Source: Candidatus Kaiserbacteria bacterium
GTDB taxonomy: Bacteria; Patescibacteriota; Minisyncoccia; Phycocordibacterales; UBA918
Reading direction: 5' to 3'
Assembly (NCBI GenBank): GCA_031430855.1
Contig: JANPCG010000013.1
Span: forward strand, 182,893 to 246,892
DNA: 64,000 bases
Numbering within the stretch: the first letter of the stretch is position 1; each line of letters opens with the position of its first letter. The notes under the pieces were generated by a model, which did not search any database, was not told where the DNA came from, and saw only the letters and a program-made list of their open reading frames with translations. Shown piece by piece: positions 1 to 8,436 of this stretch. Position numbers and translations under genes: made by a program.

Positions 1-610
1 AGTTGAATACAGCGATTTTCAGTGTCCTGCGTGTGGTCAATTCTGGCCGGTAGTGGAAGAAGTTTTGGCCGAGTATGGTGATCGGATTAGTTTTGAATAT
101 AAACATTTCCCATTGATTCAAATTCATCCATTTGCGCAACCGGCAGCGTACGCTGCTGAAGCAGCCGGTCAACAAGGAAAGTTCTATGAATACGCCAATT
201 TACTTTTTAAGAATCAGGATACGTGGAGTAAGTCAGCTACCCCAGCCGCCTACTTTGCTGAGTACGCAGAAACTCTTGAGTTAGACATGGACAAATTTAT
301 GCGTCATCAGCGGGCTCCTCTTGTAAAAGACCATGTCCGATCTCAATTTAATGAAGCGAGAGCGCTCGGACTTACGGGAACACCATCGTTTTACCTGAAT
401 GGAGAACGAATGAACCTCACCACAATTGATGAATTTAAAGCTCAAATCGAAGCAGCCGTAAAACCTAATGTCGGATTTAACCTCGATGGCGCGACCCCAC
501 CACTCCAAATGATTCAGGTTGAAGGGGATGTTGAAACTGCTGTACCAGTACCAGGAGCTGAAGCTCCGGCTGAAACGAATGCTGCTCCAGCGGTTCAATT
601 TGGAATTTAA
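1..610 (+). CDS. DsbA-like thiol:disulfide oxidoreductase (thioredoxin fold), 5'-partial
   Basis: Reading frame is open from the window start. CPAC active-site motif is encoded at nt 25-36 (FQCPACGQFW), and the C-terminus is an Ala/Pro-rich tail. The ORF track starts at 53 only because of the first Met. Confidence 0.6.
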   Translation, partial: VEYSDFQCPACGQFWPVVEEVLAEYGDRISFEYKHFPLIQIHPFAQPAAYAAEAAGQQGKFYEYANLLFKNQDTWSKSATPAAYFAEYAETLELDMDKFMRHQRAPLVKDHVRSQFNEARALGLTGTPSFYLNGERMNLTTIDEFKAQIEAAVKPNVGFNLDGATPPLQMIQVEGDVETAVPVPGAEAPAETNAAPAVQFGI

Positions 611-616
611 TCAATA

Positions 617-2005
617 ATGATCGAAAAGCCCTCAAGAGATTCTTCACCGGAAGCCATTGATGAGTATGTTTTTCCGCAGATAGATCGGGTAAAAATACCG
701 GTGAGTCGTGATGTCCTGCCTGACGCGGATAACATAACTGAGCAGAAGAATAAATTTTTAGCTGGTGACGTTGACGAAATAAACTTTACGTACGAGAAAA
801 ATAAAGACATATGGTATGACGAAAAAGAAATAATTCTCCTTGATCTTAAGCATGAGCTCAGTGTAAGACGAGTTTTTCCGGAAATGATCAGGAAGGAGTA
901 TCTCTATGCAATAAATGAAAGACTTGCAAAAATTAGAATGCTGCGGGAGATTCAATTAGCTGAGAAAGATGGCCGTCAGGAGTATCATGCTCGTCGTTTC
1001 GATGCGTATTCTCGCTTCATATATGGTGGGCCACATCCAGAAATCTTTGCTAATGTCATAGCCACATTACAGAAAAAACTTCAAACAAAAGATGGTACTC
1101 CTGACCTGGTGGTTCAACAAGCATATGATCGACTACAAACAATTATCGAGTCCCATCAAAAACTTGACGTGCCAAATTCAATTCCGCCGTTTCAAGCAGA
1201 TGCGCCAAGTGAAGATACTGAAGATGTATTGGTCAATGCAGAGGAGTTAAAAAGAATATTTGATGAAGCAATTCAGGAGACCAGTCTGTCAGATGGGTGG
1301 AAAGTAATAATCGATTCAACCGGAAAACGTAATCATATTTCAGTAAACGGTGGGGTAAAGAAGATCAGAATACCTAACTCAGAACAGCTTGCCCTTCGAA
1401 TTGGGTCAAAGAAATTAACAAAACAAAAGATACTCGGGTTAATTGAACATGAAATTAAAACGCATGCTTTGAGACATCATAATGGTAGTCGCTCAGAGCT
1501 TAAATTGCTGGGGACTGGATTGAGAAACTACATTGAAGGTGAAGAAGGGTTGGCAACCTATCGTGAGCAGCAGGAAACAAAAGTTGATGATTATGCAGGG
1601 TTTAGTCTCTATTTTGCTGCTGGACTAGCTAAGGGACTCGATGGTGGGGGGGAGCGAGCGTTTGCTGCGGTTCATAAAATTTTAAAAGACTATTTTTTGG
1701 TTAATGAAACTGGTGTAACTGAAAGCGCAGCAGCGCAATCTGCTTGGAATGTATGTTTACGAATATTTAATGGCACACCCGGAAATATTCCTGGAGTAAT
1801 TTTTTCAAAAGATACTGTTTATCGTAAAGGAAATATAGCGACGTGGCAGCTGATGAACGCACATAGCTCAGATGATTTTGAGTTGACACTCAGCATATTG
1901 GATTTTGGAAAATTTGATCAAACGAATGAACGACAACGGCAGGTTGTTGCGTCGGTACGTCAGGGTATTACGAATGAAGCACTAGTTGCTCTTGAGGAAG
2001 AATAG
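617..2005 (+). CDS. DUF1704/MATCAP-like zinc carboxypeptidase (QEGLA-motif family), paralog 1
   Basis: HExxH (HEIKTH) followed by GEEGLATYREQQ and DYAG motifs. C-terminal block RIFNGTPGNIPGVIFSKDTVYRKGNIA is shared with the next ORF. Confidence 0.55.
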   Translation: MIEKPSRDSSPEAIDEYVFPQIDRVKIPVSRDVLPDADNITEQKNKFLAGDVDEINFTYEKNKDIWYDEKEIILLDLKHELSVRRVFPEMIRKEYLYAINERLAKIRMLREIQLAEKDGRQEYHARRFDAYSRFIYGGPHPEIFANVIATLQKKLQTKDGTPDLVVQQAYDRLQTIIESHQKLDVPNSIPPFQADAPSEDTEDVLVNAEELKRIFDEAIQETSLSDGWKVIIDSTGKRNHISVNGGVKKIRIPNSEQLALRIGSKKLTKQKILGLIEHEIKTHALRHHNGSRSELKLLGTGLRNYIEGEEGLATYREQQETKVDDYAGFSLYFAAGLAKGLDGGGERAFAAVHKILKDYFLVNETGVTESAAAQSAWNVCLRIFNGTPGNIPGVIFSKDTVYRKGNIATWQLMNAHSSDDFELTLSILDFGKFDQTNERQRQVVASVRQGITNEALVALEEE

Positions 2006-2031
2006 TTGTACTGTCTTCATGATTATAATCT

Positions 2032-3336
2032 ATGACACACTCACGTAACCTCAATTCACCGTATGATTCATTGATTTTTCCTTATATCTTAAGGAATAAC
2101 TCACAATACAGAAAGCGATTTCACATTAGTAACTACCATGAGTTCAAAGTTAATTTTATTTCAGGTACCGAAATTCCTGTAAAATATGATTTTTTATATG
2201 ATCAGAGGTATGAAAAAAAGCTTCAACGGTTAGTTGAATTAGAGACTAAAATTCTCCCACAATCTAATGTTGGAGAGCTTATTGAAAAGTTATATAAAGC
2301 AAAGATTGTTGAGAAGCGAAAGTTACTCATGCTCGTACGTTCTGCGTACGAGGCGCAGGCAAATACAACTGGTGGCTCAGAAGCTGCTCATATGTTTAAT
2401 CAACTTACGAAAGAAGTATTTGGAGCACCGTCACTTGATGTCTTTCGGCAATTAATGTCTACCATTAATGATGACATTAGTTCAGTTGGTTGGGAGTCAA
2501 AAAATTCTGAAGCGTATCATCGGTTTAGTCAAATTGCGCTGGCGAGCGAGGGTGAAAGCACCATTACAAAATTTACTCCAGCTCCACGTAAAGATTTGAG
2601 TGACCATAGCTCGTTTGTGTCAGAGGCGAACGAAGTGGTAGCCTTTTTTAAAGGGAAAATGTTAGCTCTGGGTTTACATGACTGGGCAGTACAAATTAGC
2701 GATAAACCAATTGAGAGTTTTAGAGTGTATGGAAAAAGGAAAGTACTACTGGTGCCGAAAACAAGTGTTATTAAAAGTCGTAAAAATGAACGACGTCTTT
2801 CCATTGATGTAATGGAAGGCTTGTTTGCTCATGAAGTCCTTACACACGTCATACGTGGTGTAAATGGTGCACAATCTGGACTCCTGTTACTGTCTCATGG
2901 TTTAGCTGGATATTTACCTGGGGAAGAGGGCATTGCAACTTTTCGAGAGCAGCAGTATAGCAGTGCGAAAGATTATGCTGGTAAAACGATGTATTTAGCC
3001 TTAGGCTTGGCCTACGGTCTTGACCGAAATGGACAACCAAGAACATTTAGAGAGGTGTATGAGATTTTAAGTGATTACTTTACCCTAAAGTTTGGCGGTT
3101 TTAGTAAAAAAGTACAAGCAAAAGCTTTTGTAACTTGTGCGAGAATTTTTGTCGTAAGTCCACATCAAAATATCCCTCTTATTTTTACTCGAGACATTGT
3201 CTATCGTGAAGGAAATATTGCAATAAACACTGCCGTACAAGCTGATGATACCCTGCTTGAAATATTTGATGTGGGTAAATTTAATCCCGTAAATACTGAA
3301 CACGTTGCAATACTAAAAAGTCTTAATATTATTTAA
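2032..3336 (+). CDS. DUF1704/MATCAP-like zinc carboxypeptidase, paralog 2
   Basis: HEVLTH plus GEEGIATFREQQ, DYAG and RIFVVSPHQNIPLIFTRDIVYREGNIA. Clear tandem paralog of 617..2005. Confidence 0.55.
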   Translation: MTHSRNLNSPYDSLIFPYILRNNSQYRKRFHISNYHEFKVNFISGTEIPVKYDFLYDQRYEKKLQRLVELETKILPQSNVGELIEKLYKAKIVEKRKLLMLVRSAYEAQANTTGGSEAAHMFNQLTKEVFGAPSLDVFRQLMSTINDDISSVGWESKNSEAYHRFSQIALASEGESTITKFTPAPRKDLSDHSSFVSEANEVVAFFKGKMLALGLHDWAVQISDKPIESFRVYGKRKVLLVPKTSVIKSRKNERRLSIDVMEGLFAHEVLTHVIRGVNGAQSGLLLLSHGLAGYLPGEEGIATFREQQYSSAKDYAGKTMYLALGLAYGLDRNGQPRTFREVYEILSDYFTLKFGGFSKKVQAKAFVTCARIFVVSPHQNIPLIFTRDIVYREGNIAINTAVQADDTLLEIFDVGKFNPVNTEHVAILKSLNII

Positions 3337-4091
3337 TCTCTTAGTACAATAGTTGTTACAACAGTATGATCGTATTTTTTGATACTCTCATATTTAAAAA
3401 GTGTGTCTTTGTGAACACAAAGGAATGCCTGGGTAATACATTTGGATGCTTCTTTTGGTTGTTCAAAAATTAACGTATCTGTGGTTACCTTGTCGGTGTC
3501 GAAGGTGTCGGTTTCATATGATCCGGTAGGAAGCTCAATCGAGCAACCTACGGATAGTTTAAAGAGCGCTAGTCCAATACTGGCATTTATTCCGTAAGGA
3601 TTTCTATCTTTACCATGAGAAATCTTTGAGTAGCCATTTTCTATAGCCCAGACATTCATTAAATATTCGGTATAGAGTGACGGTCCTGCAGGCAAACTAT
3701 TATGCTGCCATTCGTTAGGATAGATTCTGTACGCAAAGGTAAGACTCTTAGTTCTCGCTGCAAAAATAGTTGCTCCAACAGATATGTTGTTTTCCTTTAA
3801 TATAAGTATGTAGTAGGGATATTCAGCTTCTTTTCCTAACGTGGTTGCAAAAATGTCATTAACTTTCGGATTATTTTTAACTTGAATAGTAGCGTTGTAA
3901 AGAGGAGTAAACCACTCAAGATGAGTTGAGGTTAAAAGCTCAATGGAATAAGTGACGGTACTCGATTCAATTTTACGTAACGTGGTTTTTATTCGAGATA
4001 AATGATTTTTGCCAAAACCAGCAAATGCGTCATCGGTAAGTTTTTTTGCCCACATATGATGTGAAGGATACGTTATAATCATGAAAATCAA
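3333..4091 (-). CDS. FemAB/Acetyltransf_6-like GNAT-fold protein (putative aminoacyl or peptidyl transferase)
   Basis: C-terminal pattern LYTEYLMNVWAIENGY...NPYG...GLALFKLSVG resembles the Fem-family LLQWEAIKWAKENGY...GLYRFKKGFG block. Overlaps the stop of 2032..3336 by 4 bp. Confidence 0.45.
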   Translation of the reverse strand: MIFMIITYPSHHMWAKKLTDDAFAGFGKNHLSRIKTTLRKIESSTVTYSIELLTSTHLEWFTPLYNATIQVKNNPKVNDIFATTLGKEAEYPYYILILKENNISVGATIFAARTKSLTFAYRIYPNEWQHNSLPAGPSLYTEYLMNVWAIENGYSKISHGKDRNPYGINASIGLALFKLSVGCSIELPTGSYETDTFDTDKVTTDTLIFEQPKEASKCITQAFLCVHKDTLFKYESIKKYDHTVVTTIVLRD

Positions 4092-4206
4092 TCATAACAG
4101 AATTTATTACCATTGAGGTTAGTGAAAGTATTGTTATTTATAGTAAAATGTGTTATAGTACCGACTCCGAAACATTTAAAAATAAATATTTTTAAACCAC
4201 TACTTT

Positions 4207-5499
4207 TTGCAAATAAACAGATCCGTCATATTTACTTCTATGTCCTCCAAAAAAGCAATTTTGTTTGTTGAGCAGTATATGCCTAAAACACTTAAAAGTG
4301 TGAGGGATTATTTTGGTGATATTACACTCATAGTCTTGCGCGATATCAAAAATGAAAAAAATGAAAAAAACCGGCACTTTAAATCCGCTGATGTCATTTT
4401 ATATGTTGATTTTTCAAAGTCGTACAAAATTGCTGAAGCCCTCCTTCCGTATCAAGAATCGTTAATCGCAGTAACGGCTCGTGGCGAAGATGGTGCTAAC
4501 AAATTACGGGAGGTTATTCCACACGTACCCTATTTGCGCACGCCAACTGCTGAATCACTTGCGTGGGCAACTGATAAGTATGAGATGCGAAAACGTTTCT
4601 GGCTCTACGATAAAAAAATTACTCCAAAATTCACTAAAGTAAAAGAAAATACTAAAATTGAACGAGAACGAATAATACAAAAAATTAATTTTCCGATGGT
4701 CGTAAAACCAGCAAACTTGCAAGAGAGTATGTTGGTTGCAATATGTTTTCATGAAGAAGAATTAGAAAAAGTGTTACGAAATATCTTTCGACGCTTAAAA
4801 TCAGAGTATAAAAAATTCAACCGAACGCAGTTACCTACAATCATTTCAGAAGAGTATATGGATGGAGATATGTACTCTATTGATAGTTATGTAAACTCGC
4901 GAGGTAAAATATTTCATTGCCCGATGGTGCGGGTAAAAACTGGTCGTAACATTGGTCATGATGATTTTTATAATTACTTGCAAATTACACCAACTGCACT
5001 CAAAAAAGAATCAATCGAAAAGGCACATAACGTAGCCGAGCTGGCTGTTCATGCGCTTGGGTTGCGAAGCACTACTGCTCATATTGAATTGATGAAAATA
5101 GATGATGTTTGGAAGGTGATTGAAGTAGGTCCGCGTGTTGGTGGGTTCAGAGACTTACTGCATGAACTAAGTTGTGATATCGATCATTCTCTTAATGATG
5201 TATTAATTCGTGTACCAAAAAAGCCAATCATTCCAAAAAAATGTAAGGGTTTTGCTGCGGCGATGAAATGGTTTGCTAAGACCGAGGGGATTATTACCGA
5301 AATGAAAGGAATCAAAAAAATTGAGCAACTTGAGTCTTTCAATAGTATTGTCTTTAACAAAAAGATTGGTGACCGAGCACTATTCTCTAAAAATGGGGGA
5401 AAATCTATTTTTAACTTGTTTTTATTTAATGCTGACCGGGCAAAGTTACTTGCGGATATTCGCCGCGTTGAACAACTGATAACCATTAAAGTTAAATAA
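4207..5499 (+). CDS. ATP-grasp family ligase
   Basis: EEYMDGDMYSIDSYV and HIELMKIDDVWKVIEVGPRVGG (E-x-N/G-x-R-x-GG Mg/ATP site) are typical of ATP-grasp carboxylate-amine ligases. Confidence 0.7.
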   Translation: MQINRSVIFTSMSSKKAILFVEQYMPKTLKSVRDYFGDITLIVLRDIKNEKNEKNRHFKSADVILYVDFSKSYKIAEALLPYQESLIAVTARGEDGANKLREVIPHVPYLRTPTAESLAWATDKYEMRKRFWLYDKKITPKFTKVKENTKIERERIIQKINFPMVVKPANLQESMLVAICFHEEELEKVLRNIFRRLKSEYKKFNRTQLPTIISEEYMDGDMYSIDSYVNSRGKIFHCPMVRVKTGRNIGHDDFYNYLQITPTALKKESIEKAHNVAELAVHALGLRSTTAHIELMKIDDVWKVIEVGPRVGGFRDLLHELSCDIDHSLNDVLIRVPKKPIIPKKCKGFAAAMKWFAKTEGIITEMKGIKKIEQLESFNSIVFNKKIGDRALFSKNGGKSIFNLFLFNADRAKLLADIRRVEQLITIKVK

Positions 5500-5559
5500 G
5501 CCCTAATAAGAGGGGATAGGCTGACGCGCAATCTCTCGTGATTTTGTTATGATACGGGT

Positions 5560-6339
5560 ATGTTCCGTACCCGCGATTTTCTTTTGTTTTTGATTGCAAT
5601 TACCTTTTTAGTATTGGCAATTACGTTTACGATTTTACTTACTGACCACAGTTCGGTTGGTAATGGTATTTCAATTGACACCGAACTCGAAACCACAACG
5701 GCTACCTATACGGCTGAAGTTATTGCTCCCCAAATTGCGCGGGCGGATCGGTTGGCCTCAATGCGGCGAAAGTTAAGTGAAATCACCGCTGAATTCCGTT
5801 CTCCAGAGCCAGAAATTATGCCAGAAGAAAGTACTGAACCTACTGAAGTAGACGATGTGGGTATAATCGTTGAAGCTCAAGCGGTAGAACTCTGTGGTGC
5901 GCAGCGGATACAGACAATTGCGTGGCCATCCGTCCCGCAGCAGTATGAAATTCGAAATGGTAGTCGGGTATTTTATACGTCTGCACCGGGAGTTGTAGTT
6001 GGGACGAGTACTGCACCAGTACTTACGGAAACAATTTTATTATCACTCCCGGTGCGAGCTGATGCGTTACCCTTTAGTTCATGTATTGCCTCGAATGTGG
6101 TGGCAGTAACACCAACTGGAATGCCGATTCGAAATAGTGATTATAAGCAGTATCAAGGACTCGGTGAGGGAACCCTGATTGGCTTTACGCTTGATGGCTT
6201 TGAGTTATATGGGCAAACTAGCAGTCTTGATACTGATGCCTGTGGTGGTGCGGTCGTGAGTGGTGTCTATCGTTACTATCTCTCAGCTGAGCGTCCGGGT
6301 GTGATTGGCTGTTTTGCGGGTATTCCGGCGGTACTCTAG
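5560..6339 (+). CDS. hypothetical membrane-anchored protein
   Basis: N-terminal TM helix followed by an acidic linker and a Gly/Val-rich domain. No recognisable family. Confidence 0.4.
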   Translation: MFRTRDFLLFLIAITFLVLAITFTILLTDHSSVGNGISIDTELETTTATYTAEVIAPQIARADRLASMRRKLSEITAEFRSPEPEIMPEESTEPTEVDDVGIIVEAQAVELCGAQRIQTIAWPSVPQQYEIRNGSRVFYTSAPGVVVGTSTAPVLTETILLSLPVRADALPFSSCIASNVVAVTPTGMPIRNSDYKQYQGLGEGTLIGFTLDGFELYGQTSSLDTDACGGAVVSGVYRYYLSAERPGVIGCFAGIPAVL

Positions 6340-6348
6340 CGATATCCT

Positions 6349-6942
6349 ATGAAATCAATTCTGGCGTTATTGGCAGACTTTGCGAATGGTATTTTTGCCG
6401 TGTTGCTGGCGTCGTACGTGTATCAGACAGAACCCCTCTGGTGGTATTTCATTGTTGGCATGGTTTTGGCAATGTTCCCTGACATTGATGCGGTGCCCGA
6501 ATTGATTGCTCGGGGTAAGGTGGCGGCAAGTGCATTGTATTCCAAAGATCATCGTACTTTCTTACATTATCCAATCTTGTCAGTTTCAATTGGCCTTATA
6601 GCCTGGTATGTATTTGGATTCTGGGGGTTAGTACTCTTGGTCGCGTTTACACTCCATTTAATAAATGATTTATATGGTACTGGCTGGGGTATTCCGTTGC
6701 TCTATCCGTTTACCCGTAAGCGCTATAAGTGTAATCCTGAGTTCTTTTTTAAACGCCGTACACTTCCTGCTGCGACGACTGTTTCAAGTTGGTCAGAGAG
6801 TGAATTACAACAAGCCATAAAGGTGAGTGGTAACGATAATTGGCTTGCTGATACCTATTTAACCCTAAATTGGATTTCGATTACCGAATATTCACTGTTT
6901 ATTATAGCGATAATAGGTATGACAGTCAGTTTGCTATACTAA
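6349..6942 (+). CDS. membrane-bound metal-dependent hydrolase (DUF457/YdjM-like)
   Basis: Multi-TM protein with the H..NDLYGTGWGIPLLYPF segment typical of DUF457. Confidence 0.5.
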   Translation: MKSILALLADFANGIFAVLLASYVYQTEPLWWYFIVGMVLAMFPDIDAVPELIARGKVAASALYSKDHRTFLHYPILSVSIGLIAWYVFGFWGLVLLVAFTLHLINDLYGTGWGIPLLYPFTRKRYKCNPEFFFKRRTLPAATTVSSWSESELQQAIKVSGNDNWLADTYLTLNWISITEYSLFIIAIIGMTVSLLY

Positions 6943-6946
6943 ACCC

Positions 6947-6991
6947 ATGAATACAGATAAGACATTTCCAGAGAGATTTTATTGGGGTGAG
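6947..6991 (+). pseudogene. relic duplicate of the GH1 gene 5' end
   Basis: ATGAATACAGATAAGACATTTCCAGAGAGATTTTATTGGGGTGA (MNTDKTFPERFYWG) versus the true start at 7203, ATGAATAAACAATTTCCACAAGGATTCTACTGGGGTGC (MNKQFPQGFYWG). Confidence 0.5.
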
Positions 6992-7080
6992 AAAAGGGAT
7001 GGGACCCTTTTCGCAAGAGGTTGCCAGCTATTTTGGAAAAATAGCGACAACCTGTACAGCTTCTGTAAGAAGAGAAAACT
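6985..7080 (-). repeat. structured repeat family 1, copy A (reverse orientation)
   Basis: Reverse complement aligns with copies at 31738-31899 and 24515-24595: CTTACAGAAGCTGTACAGGTTGTCG ... TTTTTCCAAAA.AGCTGGCAA ... CTTGCGA-[8-bp hairpin 6991-7012]-TCAC. Confidence 0.6.
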
Positions 7081-7202
7081 CTCGACCCGCTTCCGCAAGA
7101 CCGTGCCAGATATTTCTGAAGCGAAGCGAACAGAATTAACGACACGGTGTACCGTTTCTGTAAGAAACAGACATCAATCAAATTATTTGAAATACTGAAA
7201 CT

Positions 7203-8429
7203 ATGAATAAACAATTTCCACAAGGATTCTACTGGGGTGCAGCCACCGCCTCTTACCAAGTCGAAGGAGGCATCGAAAACACCGATTGGGCCGAAGCCGC
7301 TAGAGCGGGGCGAGTGCCGCAGTGTGGTCTCGCGTGTGATCACTATAATCGGTATGAAGCAGATTTTGATATTGCAAAAAGTCTTGGACATACTGCCCAC
7401 CGATTCTCGGTCGAGTGGGCGCGGATTGAACCTCTGCCCGGTCAATTCAATCAGGAAGCCATTGCTCATTACCGTAGCGTTCTGGCAGCATTAAAACTGC
7501 GCGGCATTACACCGTTTGTTACTTTGTGGCACTTCACGTTACCACTCTGGTTTTCAAAGGCGGGTGGTTTTGAATCGTCTGATGCGCCAGCGATTTTTTC
7601 GCGCTATGCGGCTTTTGTTGTTAATGAATTGGGTGATTATTGTAGTCATTTTGCAACCCTTAATGAGCCAAATGTCTATGCGACACACGGCTATCTCTAT
7701 GGTGCCTGGCCACCGTTCAAGCGGGGTAAGTTTTTATGGAAAAAAATCGGTAAAGAAGATGGCACTTCAGAAAAAACTCACGCTAATGCGCAGTTCATTA
7801 ATTTTTTTGCGTATATGAGAGTCGTGCGTAATTTGGCGAGAGCGCATAATAAGGCTTATGATGCTATTAAAGCGTTGCGACCAGAAGCTCAGATTAGTGT
7901 GGTGAAACACGTACATTATTTTAATGCTGATACCCACTTCTTAAATCGTTTCAAAGCTCGAGTAGCTGCTCAGTTGCAAACCTATAATTTTATGAATCGG
8001 GTGGCAGGCCAGTGTGATGAAATAGGTTTAAATTATTATCGCCATACAAAATTTGGTGATAATCAAAATTACCTTCATACCGATATGGAGTGGGACGTAT
8101 ACCCGAATGGTATTTTTGATGCCATCATGATGCTCCATCGCTACAGAAAACCAATATTTATTGCTGAAGCTGGTTTAGCTGATGAAAACGATGACCTCAG
8201 ACCAGATTACATTCGAGTACAAGTCATGGCTGTATATAGAGCAATCAAAGCTGGCGCTGACGTACGGGGGCATATGTACTGGTCACTGTTAGATAATTAC
8301 GAATGGGCACTTGGGTTCGGGAAGCGGTTTGGGCTTATCGCTATTAATTATGAGACTCAAGAGAGAACGGTGCGTCCTTCAGCATACGTGTATAAGCAAA
8401 TTTGTGAGAGCAATGCCGTAGTAGAATAA
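7203..8429 (+). CDS. glycoside hydrolase family 1 (beta-glucosidase-like)
   Basis: N-terminal FPQGFYWGAATASYQVEGG signature. TLNEP acid/base motif. I-A-E-A-G at the nucleophile position (ITENG-like). Confidence 0.85.
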   Translation: MNKQFPQGFYWGAATASYQVEGGIENTDWAEAARAGRVPQCGLACDHYNRYEADFDIAKSLGHTAHRFSVEWARIEPLPGQFNQEAIAHYRSVLAALKLRGITPFVTLWHFTLPLWFSKAGGFESSDAPAIFSRYAAFVVNELGDYCSHFATLNEPNVYATHGYLYGAWPPFKRGKFLWKKIGKEDGTSEKTHANAQFINFFAYMRVVRNLARAHNKAYDAIKALRPEAQISVVKHVHYFNADTHFLNRFKARVAAQLQTYNFMNRVAGQCDEIGLNYYRHTKFGDNQNYLHTDMEWDVYPNGIFDAIMMLHRYRKPIFIAEAGLADENDDLRPDYIRVQVMAVYRAIKAGADVRGHMYWSLLDNYEWALGFGKRFGLIAINYETQERTVRPSAYVYKQICESNAVVE

Positions 8430-8436
8430 GGGCATA

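Noticed and set aside
6947-7198. 83-aa ORF as a genuine gene
   Set aside because: It is a diverged duplicate of the GH1 start codon region read through repeat copy A, so it is an insertion relic rather than a gene.
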